From assembly GCF_006345805.1 (NCBI RefSeq), contig NC_043006.1:50344001-50408000 (forward strand): a DNA stretch of 64,000 bases. Direction: 5' to 3'. The DNA comes from Octopus sinensis. Its lineage: Eukaryota. The position numbers and the translations under genes were made by a program. The notes under the pieces were generated by a model. That model searched no databases. It had not been told where the DNA came from and saw only the letters and a program-made list of their open reading frames with translations. Shown here piece after piece: positions 1 to 14,655 of this stretch (position 1 is its first letter; each line of letters opens with the position of its first letter).

Positions 1-455
1 TACAGTTGTATTAATGTGAGTGTTGCTGTGTCGTTGCACATGTCCTTGATCTCTATATGTATAAATGGGTGTGAAATATATGTAATGCACGCATGCGTTC
101 ATTGTTGGTTTCTGCGTGCCGGTTAAGTGTATTCCTGTGCTCTAGCTATTGCCTACGAGTTGGGTTTGCGTGTTTTGTCATGAATATATTTATAGAATCT
201 TTTATTGAAGAAATATTGAAGGCGTTTATGTGTTTGTACATATATTTATGCCCGTGAATACGTGCAGGGGCGGAAAATGTGCTTTTGGGTTTGTGTTGTG
301 TGTGTATATTTTGTTGTGTGCATATTTTGATGCATGTGTGGAGATGTAAGTATATGTCAGTGTTACATGATGATATGCATGTTGAAGTAAAAGGAGTTAG
401 TGCTTGAACTCAGAAGGAGTGAACGTTTGAAGATGTATACCAACACACCCACATG

Positions 456-491
<36 letters not shown>

Positions 492-495
<4 letters not shown>

Positions 496-612
496 CGTGA
501 CTACCGTGACCCACCAGGCTATCAGATGTTGCTACACATCGCTGGTCACAATGCGCTTCGCATTGTTTTTAGCCTTCAAATGACGCCACCCCGCTGGCTA
601 AGCGAGCAGGCC
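492..612 (-). mobile_element. SINE 3' fragment (same family as 34105-34315 and 34935-35105)
   Basis: Shares ...ggtcacaatgcgcttcgcattgttttagccttcaaatgacgccaccccgctggctaagcgagcaggcc with the two other copies in the window. Confidence 0.8.
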
Positions 613-613
613 A

Positions 614-665
614 AGTTCAGCACAAAGAATAGTCTGCACCTGAAGAAATGTTTTGGATTTTACAG

Positions 666-713
<48 letters not shown>

Positions 714-824
714 GTATTGCTGTTTAAGTATCACAATACATATCTTTGGGTGCTACTGACAGTTCCACACGTATCTGAAAATCCAAAACATTTCTTCAGG
801 TGCAGACCATTCTTTGTGCTGAAC
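614..824. repeat. Inverted repeat with ~52-bp arms around a (TA)n spacer
   Basis: gttcagcacaaagaatagtctgcacctgaagaaatgttttggattt (614-660) is near-exactly reverse-complemented at ~773-824. Confidence 0.85.
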
Positions 825-2637
825 TAAGAACATTAAATATGATGTGGGACGTGGGAATTTAAAAGTGATGGTTGTAAGTCGACATTTTTTTAAAGTGCTA
901 GTCGGAAACAAAGTAAACACAGAAAACATGGCTGATACAGCACCTTTTGTGTCATATGCCTATGGAATAACTGAATCTACCTTTACGCTGCACGTTTGGG
1001 TTGAATCTGATTGAAAGCAGCAGTTATAATCACAGGAAATCAGCGAAGATATGTTATATCTGTTGTAACCAGTCTATAATGCTGTATATAAATCTAACTT
1101 TGAACATATTTCCTAACGATCGTCAACAATCTTTTAAAAATAATTTATATTTTTATCTATTTATATCACGACCAGTTTTTGTCGCATATTACTTAATTAA
1201 TAAGGCTACTAAATCATGTGGAACACATTGCACCGAAGATGATAAGAAACAGCGAAGCAATTTAGCTCTAAATATTGAGAAATTAAAAGCTGAAGATGAA
1301 TTTAAATATTAAAAAACTAATTATAGAAAAAAAGAAATATGTTTTTAATTACGTCATTAAGATTTAAGAAAAAACATTGTGCAACGCTTCTTTCCATTGA
1401 AAGAAAGAAAGAAAGAGAGAAAGAGAGAAAAATGTATCGAACTGCTAATAGTAAACCTGCTCTCATTTATATATAGTTTTCTTCTTACTTTTCCTTCCTC
1501 AGTTTCTACAAGGTTTATTCACATTATTTTGAGTCTAATGTGGCTCAAGTTTCATTTAATTGCATTTCCAGCTAATATATTTCGCTTATTTAAATTCAAT
1601 ATAAAATGTCACCAAAGATATGTCAAATTCTTATTTATACATCTCCAATAACTAATACGATATGATTGTCTCCCTGAACTGAATTTATATTAGGACATAA
1701 TTTAAATATCTGCTGTGATAATTTTTCTATACCTCTGGTCTTGAACATTCCAATTGAACTGAGGTATGAATAATATTTATGTTTTGAAAATAGCTCGAGA
1801 ATATAATAACTTTGCCTGTTTTGCATTTGTTATTTTTTTCTCTCTCACAAAAATAATCGACTTCCTTACCTTTCCCACTCAAAATTTCATATACGCACGC
1901 GCGCGCATGCAGACGTATTCACACTTTAAAATTGAAGTCTTACAAGACGAACCTCGAGCAAGTAATCAGTTTATTCAATTGTACACACACACACACGCAC
2001 ATACATATGTATATATAAATATATATACATGTATACAAATATACACTCACGCATATATATATTTACCTACATACATACGTATTTATTTACATGAATATAT
2101 ATACATATATATATATATATATATCTACTTTTATATCTATCTATTTATATATATATATATATTTATATTTATATTTATATATATATATATGTATGTATGT
2201 ATGCATGTATGTATGTATGTATGTGTGTGTGTATGCATACACAGTCACACACATATATGTATATTTATGTTATATAGAAATTTCGAGAGAATTGAAGTAA
2301 ATTGTAAGTTGAACGTAAAGTAGAATAAGATATAAATAATAGTGTGCAGACGCACTCAAGGCTCTTTTTAATGCAACATTCTACACGCTAGCTTTATCTA
2401 CTTAGTTCTTCTGTAAAAAGATATTTTAATTCAATATATATTTAATACATGATATTGTATATCCTATTATGTAATATAATGCAATGCAATAAAACAAAAT
2501 ATGATATAAAGATGTATAACATATGTGTATGTAGGTAGGCACATATGTATATGCGTGTGTATACATACATACATACATACATACATTCATACATACATAC
2601 ATATATACATACATATATACATACATACATACATACA

Positions 2638-2674
<37 letters not shown>

Positions 2675-3673
2675 ATATATAATGCTGTAAAAATGTTACA
2701 AATAGGTATATTTATATAGTGCTATACAATTAAATGTGATATTACATACATATAACTATATGTATATATATAAACGCTTATTTATACACATACACACACC
2801 TTCACTTATACACACACACATATATATATGTATATCCCTATTTAGGTACCTACCTACCTACCTACCTCAACACTGTCTTTGAAAATGTGGAACGAAAAGA
2901 GGGATCTCAATCTTAATGCATGGTGGCTAAATGAAATGAGAGAACAAAAGAGGATGATAGAATACATACCAGAATTAAAACAATTCCGGAGTTGATGCGG
3001 TCGACTAGTCTTACAAGGTGAGAGGAGCTATCATGGCTATAGTCCAATGACTGACTCGAGTAAAAGAATAAAAGTGTAACGTATGCACAAATTTACACAA
3101 TCATACATCCGAACATCCAAACACATATGGACACGCACACACATAAAAGCATAAATATATCCATAGAAATATGTACATTATAAATGTTAAGTTCCTTCTT
3201 TAAAAGCATATCTTTATGTATCCATAAAGAATATGTACATAAAATATGAAGAGTTGTTTTTTTTTCCTTAATGGCTAACATTTATTCTTAGATGAATAGA
3301 TAATTGAAACTTTAGTAGTATGCTCCCCATTTAGTTTAGATGCACTGACCTGTTGCAAAATATTAGCAGGTGCTTCACAGATGATGTGTACATAAAAAAT
3401 GATATCAAGTACAAAATCATTCTATGCGTTGTCATTGAGTACAGTTTAGACAAAACATAGTGGTATTAATACAGACGTAAGAGAATAAAGGGTACGTTGA
3501 TTACTGTCAGACCAAAAATATAAAGTAATGTCATATAAAGCACATATATAGACTTCATATAAAAGGTGTTAGGTTAACACCATGAAGAACCAAGTGAATA
3601 AGGTTTCAAAAAAAAAAAAGATAGTGCAAATACTAAAATATAACCATATGTAGCAGGTATATACATACACACA

Positions 3674-3675
<2 letters not shown>

Positions 3676-3768
<93 letters not shown>
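3676..3768. repeat. (TATC)n microsatellite running into (TA)n
   Basis: Direct reading. Confidence 0.95.
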
Positions 3769-3780
3769 ATATATATATAT

Positions 3781-3820
<40 letters not shown>

Positions 3821-3821
<1 letters not shown>

Positions 3822-4215
3822 GTAAATTAGAGATAAAACCACTATTATGCAACTCAAACAGTGATAGACATAAACCAATACATAAATAACAAATAAATAT
3901 TTTTTTATAAAACCTATAACTTATAACTAGATCTCAAAAGTATAAAAATGAATGATCAATATATAATATAATAATACTTATCTCTTATTATATTATATAT
4001 TGATCATTTATTTATATATTGATCGTTCATTTTATACTTTTTGAGATCTAGCTATAAGTTATATGTTTTATAAAAATATTTATTATTTGTTATTTATGTA
4101 TTGGTTTATGTTTAACACTTATCTCTAATTTATATTTTATATACTTATACTGTGAAATTTGATTTAATACTTAATTGAATTTTTCCCTGTAAGTTTGGAG
4201 TTATACTCCCTAATA
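3821..4215. mobile_element. AT-rich foldback (hairpin) element, same family as the head of the 21950-25625 element
   Basis: 3821-3976 is the reverse complement of 3986-4133. The minus-strand flank attagggagtataactccaaacttacagggaaaaattc matches 21951 atattagggataaatccaaacccacagggaaaaattag. Confidence 0.75.
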
Positions 4216-4276
4216 TTAATATATATATATACATACATACATCTGATATATATATATATATATATATACAAATATA

Positions 4277-4308
<32 letters not shown>

Positions 4309-4313
4309 ATAAT

Positions 4314-4382
<69 letters not shown>

Positions 4383-4792
4383 GAAAGAGGTTTGAAAATG
4401 CAATTTAAAAGATGTTTATTTACTTTACCGGTTTCACTCTTTGGAAAAAGATTGTCAAAAGTAACATGTGGAAGTTTGGTTGCGTTAATTATTGGTTGTT
4501 GCAAATTGCTACATTACATATATATATACAGTCTTTGGTAACAGGGACATGTTAAGGACATAAAAAAGTTCAACAAGTTCCTTAAAATATTGGGCCAAAA
4601 AGATTACATAAATAATCGTTCTTAAGGACATACTTAAGATAGTTTCCAGAAGGAATTGATATTGGTACTGTATCTGTATATTCAAACATGCACAGAATAT
4701 TGTGTCAACCAATATTTATATATATATATATATATATATGAAAAAACAAGTCAAAAATAGAAAATGCTAAGATAATTTTATAGTGAACATTT

Positions 4793-4830
4793 CAGTACCG
4801 TTTTCGGTCATTTTGAGACCTTTTCAACTG
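4793..4830 (-). ncRNA. Decayed type I hammerhead ribozyme
   Basis: Minus strand CAG-TTGAAAA-GGTC(TCAAAAT)GACC-GAAA-ACGG-TA-CTG: stems I and II and GAAA retained; core is 2 changes from CTGAAGA; stem III is 1 change from the ACCGGT palindrome. Confidence 0.5.
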
Positions 4831-5239
4831 TAACGATTAAATAATTAAATTTAGAAAAATTAGAAGAAAAGTTTTTTTAAAAGGAATATTTCTATAGTAG
4901 TGTTCAGATATAAGTGGCATTCTGCCTTTCTCTGACTCCTTGTTTGCACTTGTGTGTTCGAGGTCGTTGTGAGTTCTTGGTAGGGTAGGAGAAGCAGAAG
5001 GCTGATGTGGAGATGGGGTGGGGAAATCTGGGAATGCCTTGATGGTCGTATTTTGAATGGTCAGTGGCGGACAGCAGTCGCAGTTCAATTCAGGAATTGT
5101 TTATGGAATTTGCGTAGGCGTTATACTGAAAGGCATTAGTGACAAGGTTAAGGGGTAGAAGGTGGAGAAGTAGAAGAAGAAGAAGATGACGATGTTGATG
5201 ATGATGATGATGAAGAAGAAGAAGACATACACACACTTG

Positions 5240-5490
5240 GCTATTGAATTGCACTATAATTCTATTAACAGCAGGAAGAGGAATTTGAAGATTTTCGGCA
5301 ATTTTTCATTGGCTAAGACCAGCCTCAGATTACCCAGCAATACGACCACTTTGAAAATCTGACAGTTCTGCTGAATTTTTTGTGCGTGGCATGGTTACCC
5401 TTCGCAAATGTTTAATATAATGGCACTTGGAATGAAAAAGAAAAATTGCATTGTAAATTCTACACCCCTGAGAACGTATTATGTCTGTGC
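5240..5490 (-). mobile_element. Tc1-like transposase 5' relic (HTH N-terminus)
   Basis: From ATG at 5392: [47 protein letters not shown], a typical Tc1 N-terminal pattern with two stops. Confidence 0.7.
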
Positions 5491-5628
5491 ACATATATAC
5501 ATGCAAAATACTCTGTTGATATTATTGAAATTTCAATGAAGGAACCTTGGATCTAGGTTACCAACCGGCTTTTTCTCTATTGACAAGAAACCTTGCAAAA
5601 AAGACTGAATGTTGACATACACACACAT

Positions 5629-5913
5629 GTTTTCCTTCTCGAGCCATTCCTGGCTCATAAGGGCCGGTTTCCCGGTTTCCGTGACGTATAGGTTCCCCAC
5701 CTGGACGGGACGCCGGTCCGTCGCAGGTGAGCTGCAAGATGCAGGAAGAAAGAGTGAGAGAAAGTTGTGGCGAAGGAGTCAGCAGAAGTCCGCCATTACC
5801 TTCTGCCGGAGCCGTGTGGAGCTTAGGTGTTTCGCTCATAAACACACACATTGCCCGGTCTGAGATTCGAAACCGCGAATCCGCTGCTCTAACCACTAGG
5901 CCATGTGCCTCCA
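5629..5913 (-). mobile_element. tRNA-derived SINE with Meta/V-like central box
   Basis: Head ggaggcacatggcctagtggttagagcagcgg...ttcgaatc (A/B boxes); central cctgcgacggaccggcgtcccgtccagg motif. Confidence 0.8.
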
Positions 5914-5941
5914 CATACACACACACATATGTGTGTGTGTA

Positions 5942-5981
<40 letters not shown>

Positions 5982-7208
5982 CTGAAAGAGAGAGAGAGAA
6001 AGAAACAGAGAGAGAGTGAGAGAGGGAATGAGAGAGAGAGAGAGAGAGAGAGAGAGTGACAGACTGACAAAGAAGCACAGACAGATTTTTAAAAAAATCT
6101 GATTATGTATGCGCCGTGCCTGAAAACAAAGCACCATTGTCCTTTGATTTTTAGGTCCCCTCAATTCGCGCTTACTTGTTCCTAAACAAGAATAACAACA
6201 ACAACAAAACTCAGATACTGTTTTCCTTGAATTGAAGGCTGAAGAAGAAATACTGAGTGTTACTCTAACGTCCGGATGGGTTTAAGAATATGTCGCTATA
6301 AAGCTTATAACAACATTACAACACTGCCTCTGTATGGCATTCATAACATTTTACGTTGATATAAGATCCATAAACCAAAAGCTTATATTAAATTTCCGTT
6401 GCTTTACGCAAAGCAATCCCTGATGGACAGAGCAGTATTCTTAAAAAGGGGGGAAAGGACATATTACGTTTTCTGCGACTATGTTACGTGAAGTAGCTCC
6501 ATAAATCTTCAATAAGGATTATATGTTTACGACAGAAATGGTTTCGTTCATGGCTCTTTTCGATCAGATAACATGCATATGTATGTTCCGTTATCGAAAT
6601 GTCTAATACATGAAACTATTATGGTTAGGTCTGAAGAAGCGTAGAAGACAAAATGATTGCGAAAAATAGGAAATGTTAGTACGGTGTAAAATCGAAGTTG
6701 AAGAGATTGTAGTAATTACACAATAGCGTGTGTGATGACTGGACAAGGGAAAAATATTATTTAGATTAGTTTGTGTTGGATAGGGAAAGAGGCTATTGAA
6801 ACTAAAGCCATGTGAATTTTGATATTGTTGTAGCAGTTGTTGTTGCTATGTCTTCTCTGCTGAAGGAAGAGAACTTTTTAAGTAATGTTGATAATAGTAA
6901 TAATATAAAGAAAGCGGAACGTGGGAGAAGAAATCAGGGAATACATATGTGTGTGTGTATGTGTGAGGGCGTGTGTGTATGTGTGTGTGTGAGAGAGAGA
7001 GTATGTGTGTGTGTGTGTGTGTGTATTTGAGCGCGTTTGTATGCGAATGTTTGTGTTCGTCTCAAAGATAATATGATGGTTTGAAGAGAAAGTAAAGGAG
7101 ACGCTAAACACGGAATTTCATTGAAAGGAGGAAAGATTGCTGGAGAAAACACAGTTGAAGGAAATAACACCAACACATGAATAAATGAACATACGTACAT
7201 ATTTATGT

Positions 7209-7249
<41 letters not shown>

Positions 7250-7296
7250 GTGTGTCTGTGTGGGAGCGTAACATATTGTATATTATGTCTTATATT

Positions 7297-7433
7297 GCGG
7301 CGAGCTGTCAGAATTGATACCGCGCCGAGTTAAATTATTTTGCGGTATTTCTTCCGACGTTTTACGTTCTGAATTTAAATATCATAGAGATCAACTTTGC
7401 CTTTCACCTTTCGGGATGAAATAAAATAGATAT
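7297..7433 (+). mobile_element. tRNA-derived SINE (Nin/Deu-domain-like family), partial and diverged
   Basis: gcggcgagctgtcagaa head plus aactttgcctttcacctttcggg; matches 9387 and 16135 copies. Confidence 0.65.
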
Positions 7434-7504
7434 CTGGTAGTCTCTGGTAACCGTGTAATTCACTGGTCCCCTTCCCAAAGGCTTAGACATGGCTGTGAAA
7501 CTAA

Positions 7505-8540
7505 GAGGCGCGCTTTCTGACCGCGTGGTTTCGAGTTTACTTCTAAACCCACATTGTGATTCTGGTAGAACCTCATCAGCAATGTAAAGGAGCAATCTAT
7601 CCAGCATTACCCTACAAAGGACCTTTCCAACGACAGCTAAGAGACAGATGCCACGAAAACTATCACAAACATCCTTTCCACCTTTTGATTTATAGAGTAT
7701 CTCCATAATTGCATCACGCCAATGCCTAGGAACCACTCCACTAGGCCAAACCCTTTCAATCACATCTGTCACCATTATACAGAGATGTTTGCCACCGTGT
7801 CTGTATATCTCTGCTCCTAATCCATCATACCAGGAGCCTTTCCATTGCTCAATTTCCGATGACCGCTTTTGTTGGTCTTTCAGGTATATTATCAAGACCA
7901 ACAATTATATATTATAATGCATTCCTAAAACACCCCAAGTATCCCAATCTGCACCAACGCGAGCATTAAAATAACCTAAAATGACAACTCTGTCATCAGT
8001 GGGGATACTGCATATAATCTCTGTAAGTGACAGATAGAAGTCAAGTTTATCATGAATTTATAGTTGGAGCATATACACTTGTGAGCATATACATAAGCGA
8101 CCCTTCCTTAATAAAAGTCTTAAAGACGTCAAACGATCAGAATGACCATATGACAGTTCCTCAAGTTTCGAAACCAGAGTAGGTTTGATTGCAAATCCTA
8201 CTCATGATATTCTCTTATAGGTCTCATCTGAACCGCTCCAAAACTAATGATACCCAGCAGATTTCACTACAAAATTCCCTTTTTCATGAATTCTTGTTTC
8301 GGCTTATGCTACAACATCCATATCATATCGCTGCAACAAGTGCAGATCTTCTCCCCGGACGCGATTTCAGCAAATCATTGTCTAATAAGGTTCGAACGTT
8401 CCAACATATCAATATTCATAGGCTTGCACCTTAATCAGAATTTATTCACTGTTGCAGGATGACAACCGGACCAAAACTGTGGTGCCCTAGGACACACCTG
8501 CCGGACCAGACCACAGACCAAAATGTTCCAGAGCCCTTTC
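7505..8540 (-). mobile_element. RTE-clade LINE relic: APE endonuclease plus N-terminal RT, internally deleted
   Basis: Endonuclease motifs CWNVRTLLDN and VVILGYFNARVGADW (8410-7940); RT motifs DGLGAEIY, WRDAIMEILYKSKG, FRGICLLAVVGKVL and LPESQCGFR (7830-7540). Confidence 0.85.
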
Positions 8541-9386
8541 TGCCATTTACTTCAGTATTAATATCAACTTTCATTGCTTGACTGTGTCTTTTTAGATTTC
8601 GGCCAGCCATGTATGTATAAGATGTTCATTTCTTTTTCCCTTCCAGCAATACTTGTGCTTGACGCTATTTAAAGGGAGGAAACTAATCTCACTCTCTAAA
8701 TTACAAAGCATGATCCCAAAAGAAGAGTCGACATCATTGGGTGCATTTGCAGTGACAGATTTTACATCAGAGTGTCTTTTTTTCAGTCTTTGGCCAATCA
8801 AAGGCTAACTATAAGATAGCAGTAAAGGATTTGAATTCAGAGTTACCTACTCCTAGATAGATAGACTTCATCACGGCTTTGTTAAACAAAGGAGCTCCAG
8901 CCACTCCTTATCTATTTCTACAAACTCACACTAATATATAAAATATAATTTTCTTTTCTTCTTTTCCCATCTTTTTTTTTTTTTACATATAAATGAAATA
9001 TATCCAAATACAATAAACGTAGGGCCGTATGTGATTCTCAAATTCTGTCTGATGACCATATTTGGTGTTAGTTTAAATATATCTCACTGACTGATTCTGT
9101 ATCTATAAAATCAATCACATTCTGTGATTTCCTTTATCACAAGATTGTGAAAAACACCGATGAATGATCAATGTAGTCGATATTCTCTCGGAGTTTAGTG
9201 GAATCAGTTATGTTGCAGGTAACTAAACAATTTCTGAAGGCTGAAAATAATTCATTATCTAGATATTTTGTATTTACTGCGGTTATACAATTCATAGTAT
9301 CTTTCTTACTTTCTCCGTCAACAGCCTCGGAGACATGTAAGAATTGATGCGCATTGCACTTCATCTCAATATGAAGGACACTTCTA

Positions 9387-9605
9387 AGGCGGCGAACTGG
9401 CAGAATCATCAGTACACTGGGCAAAATGCATAGCGGCATTATGTCCGTCTTTATGTTCTGGGTTCAAATTCCACTGAGGTCGAATTTCCTTTTCATCCCT
9501 TTCGATTATCGATAATACATAATAATAGCTGAACACTGGGATCGATGTAATCGACTTACCCACAACTCGAACTTGCTGACCTTGCGCCAATACTTAAAGC
9601 CAATA
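9387..9605 (+). mobile_element. tRNA-derived SINE (Nin/Deu-like family)
   Basis: ggcggcgaactggcagaatc head, ggttcaaattcc B box, gatcgatgtaatcgact tail. Confidence 0.75.
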
Positions 9606-10469
9606 TATAAGGACACCTCCGTATATATTAACAAGATTAAGGATCTGTAGCCAGAAAGTTCTTTCCTAAGGTGCAGGCCTGTATAATGTTTTATTCTTAT
9701 TCTTATGTGTGTAGAAGTCTTCAATCTCCACGCCATGGATATTGCCAATGGTAAAAATCAATGACCATTACACCTGGGTAACAACATCCTAGTCACCAGC
9801 GTTGCTGCTAGAATGCAAAGTCGGAGCAGGCATTGTATCCTGTCCGAAGTTCTAAAAGTTCTTCATTTTAACTACTTTACCAATTCGACGTCAATTTCTA
9901 TGATTAAACTATCATAAAGTGTAGCACTATATTATCCAATTTATTCTTTCTTTCTCCATAGGGTAGGGTGCGATTTCATGAAGATTTTCCTGTGCAATTT
10001 GGTCCGACTAGCTTTGTCTGCTTGGTCTTATTATAGAAAAAGATGCCCACCCCAGAAATATAACAAGAAAAAAATGCCAGCAGGAGACATGAAGTTTGAA
10101 CTTAAGTTCCTTCAGCCATTGCGTTTTGATAGAGCAATGTAAAGAAAGACAAGCAAACAACAAGAAAATGAAGCTGCTGTAAGAAATGAGAAGATTGTGT
10201 GCTATTGTGTTAGCTAGATGCCCAGGAACATCTCGCTCAATTCATTACCATATAAAACTACAATAATTCAACCAGTGAGAGTAATTTCAAGCCAGAGACT
10301 GAGTAATAATTAAGGTAATGCCAGAATATTACAATGAATGGCTTTCAATTTACCATCTGATAATGTATGGAAGGTTAGAAAGTAAGCTTGAGGTTGCAGC
10401 TGATAATTACAGATTATCAAATCTGATTCACTTTCTCTTGTTCTGCATATATATAACTATACATATACA

Positions 10470-10514
<45 letters not shown>

Positions 10515-10699
10515 ATATATATATATATATATATATATATCACATATTATTATGTACTTACTTTCTTATATACATATTAGTGGATATATATATAGCTGAG
10601 CGTATATGTACTTACTTTCTTATATACATATTAGTGGATATATATATAGCTGACGTATATGTACGTATATATATATATGCATATATGTGCGTGTGAATG

Positions 10700-10749
<50 letters not shown>

Positions 10750-10969
10750 CATTCATTTGTTCGTTTGTTCATTTGTTCATGTATGTACATTATTTCCGAG
10801 CAATCCTTCAATTCTTCCAGTGAAATCTTGCCCAGCTTTTCTTTTACTACCTTCGCCATCCACCACATTGTTTTCCGACAATACCACACACACACACATG
10901 GAAAATTTCGCGCACAGACACACATACCACTATACTGTATCCTTTTCTCCCTCTAACATCTTGCTCTCT

Positions 10970-11019
10970 TATCATCATCATCATCATCATCATCATTATC
11001 ATCATCATCATATCATCAG

Positions 11020-11051
<32 letters not shown>

Positions 11052-11101
11052 ATCATCATCATCATCATATTATTATATTATTATTATTATTATTATTATT
11101 A

Positions 11102-11137
<36 letters not shown>

Positions 11138-11150
11138 CATTATTTCCATT
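10970..11150. repeat. Compound (CAT)n/(TAT)n microsatellite
   Basis: Direct reading. Confidence 0.95.
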
Positions 11151-11515
11151 AACACATTATCGTAACGATCTCTACCATCGCAACAGTAACAACAACAATA
11201 ATCCATCGACTTCGCCTAGATTTCTGTCTTCGTTCTCACCTTACAAATGCCGACTAATCTAAATAACTGTATTTTCGTTTTCCAGCCATCACACACACAC
11301 AGGCACATGCATACACTCACACACACGCGCGCGCGCGCAGTCACACAGGTACACGCACACGTACACACATACACACACACTTTTGTATATGTAATACAAT
11401 GTATACGGCTTCTTGAAGATTGTGCGCCTTACCAATATTTCTTGCATTTCACTATCGTGCTGACTGACCACTACACTCTTTCAGACATATACAAACATAA
11501 ATACCACCCCATCCC

Positions 11516-11572
<57 letters not shown>

Positions 11573-11766
11573 TATAATATATATATGTATATATATATAT
11601 ATATAATATATATAATATATAAGTATATATAAGTATTCTTATATATATATATATGTATGTATATATATATATGTATATATATATGTATTATATATATATA
11701 TATGTATATATATATGTATATATATATGTATTATATATATATGTATATATATATATATATATATAT

Positions 11767-12629
<863 letters not shown>

Positions 12630-13359
12630 TATGTGCGTGTGTGTGTGTATGTGTGTGTCTCTTGGTATGTATATGAATGAATTTTTCTGTATGCATACGT
12701 ACATACACACTCTACCACACGCACTCATACACGCAACATATTTATATCTGTATATTATATCCCTCTAATGATCCCTCTTTCTGGCTATCTATTCATCATT
12801 CTAATTATTCTTGTATACCTGTATTTCTGAGAACTACGACCTCATTAATGAAGGCACACATGTACACAATCAAAGAAATAATCACTCACCAATTCACACA
12901 CCCAGATATATGCATACATACATACATACATACATACATACATACATACATACATACACATTACTTTTTAATTGACTGAGGATCGTGGTATCGAAATCCA
13001 AAACGATTAATCTTTTTGCATTTATCACCGAAAGACTGTTCCAATTGATTAACATCAAACCAAGATATTCTGGCTTGCCATTTAAACTGAATGTACAAAA
13101 TTAGGTCTCGTACAGGCCTGGTATATATATATATATATATGTAATTTCATGTCAGTAAGTAGGAGAGTAAGGGAGTAACACTTCAGCAATAATAATAAAG
13201 AATATATTTCTAAAATGAATATTTACTTTCAAAAGCGGCACGCTGGCAGACACGCTAACCGGCTTTTGACTTACTCTCGAACTTCTGCTGTTGATATATA
13301 TATACATATTACATATATGTGTAAAAAAAAAAATCTCATCTCGTAATTCATTCAATGTA

Positions 13360-13545
13360 AGAGCCTCTACCTGGTCGCTCGACACGCTAAAAATAGCAGC
13401 TAAAGTATCCCCCTACCTAAATCACACGCCCATTCTTTGTGATGTCCTAGATTATCCCTAAAAAGATAGTTTGCTGAAGGCTGGAATGTCTTTGAAGATA
13501 CGTTTGCAGTATCAGGGTTTATTTGAGGCTTAAACAACATTACGG
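13360..13545 (+). mobile_element. SINE 3' fragment
   Basis: acctggtcgctcgac...aaatagcagc...ggctggaatg...ggcttaaacaac tail pattern; recognised by eye only. Confidence 0.45.
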
Positions 13546-14073
13546 TCAATTTCTATATTAACATTCGCATAATTTCCACTATGAAAAAATTTGATTTTTT
13601 GCGTGGTATCAAGTTTTCTGACCTCTTAATATGCTGCAAATCCCTTATTTTGGTTGGAAAAATATTAGGTGAGGGGTTCACCGCCCCCAATCCCGGAATC
13701 ACTGGAATTTTTTTTTTCGTTGAACAAATTCCTGTGACCTCCTAATATTGCAAAATTAGGTTACTTAAGGTAAGCCTCGTAACTGATGGTTTTGGGGTCT
13801 TGTTGTTTGTAACTTTTGGTGAGCAATAATATGGTAAAAATATGCAACCAATAATATGGTAAAATCCTTGCCATTAATTAGGTGTGGATGGGTGATATCA
13901 AATAATTTAATCACAGCATATATTTAAACTAAACATGAAAAAAAATTGAAATATTATCATCGCTTACATGGAAAAATTGAAATATTATCTTTCAGTAGTT
14001 TATAAGGTAAAATCTTAAATTATTAATTGATACATTAATTATCTTATAACAGCAATGCCTGGAAAAATCATGG

Positions 14074-14593
14074 ATTACATGGAAAAATACGAGCATGAAA
14101 AGTCATATTCTTAAGATTATAAATATGGAAAAGTACAGGACAAGTTATTACACTTGTAATAGTAAAGGACGAGCTAATACTTCTAGTAAACTAAAGAATA
14201 AAAAACTTTTTACTTAAAATATTGCAGCTAAAATTAAAATTTGAATATTAAAAATTATTTTATTATAGTTTACAAATAACACTTTACTTCTTTAAGTAGA
14301 ATTTGGCTAATTTACTACCTTAAATACAGAGAAAATTGACTAATTAGACAAACTTACAAATTAGCTGAACAGTTTTGTACAACAAATTCAAAAGATGATA
14401 ACTGTAAAGAGTGATAAATTAGAAGAACTGGCATTCTTTGCTGCAATATTTTAAGTAAAAAGTTTCTTATTCTTTACTTTACTAGAAGTCATAGCTTGTC
14501 CTGTACTTTTACAGGTGTAATAATTGTCCAGTACTTTTCCATGTTTATAATCTTAAGAATATAACTTTTCATGCTTGCATTTTTCCATGTAAT
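14074..14593. mobile_element. Foldback/MITE-like element with ~155-bp terminal inverted repeats
   Basis: 14074-14228 is the reverse complement of 14440-14593 (attacatggaaaaat...acttaaaatattgcagc). Confidence 0.8.
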
Positions 14594-14619
14594 ATATATA
14601 TATATGGATATGTATATGC

Positions 14620-14655
<36 letters not shown>

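Noticed and set aside
639-665. CTGAAGA/CTGATGA motifs at 639, 6239, 6643, 9049, 52638 and 60609 as hammerheads
   Set aside because: No correctly placed stem II plus GAAA plus stem III; such heptamers are expected by chance in 64 kb
5270-5400. Plus-strand exon-like segment after ...ttaacag
   Set aside because: It has an in-frame stop and is the antisense of the Tc1 relic
5860-5913. tRNA genes at SINE heads (also 20929, 34280, 40826, 54429)
   Set aside because: A/B boxes are present but there is no complete cloverleaf, and they continue directly into SINE bodies
9137-9380. Protein-like minus-strand frame (EMKCNAHQF...DHSSVFFTIL)
   Set aside because: No recognisable family, its start lies in a SINE, and there is no convincing splice pair
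10551-10665. Short tandem duplications (also 45676-45880, 54124-54195, 59405-59445, 63893-63922)
   Set aside because: Two or three near-identical copies without spacers; explained by slippage or assembly error; not CRISPR-like
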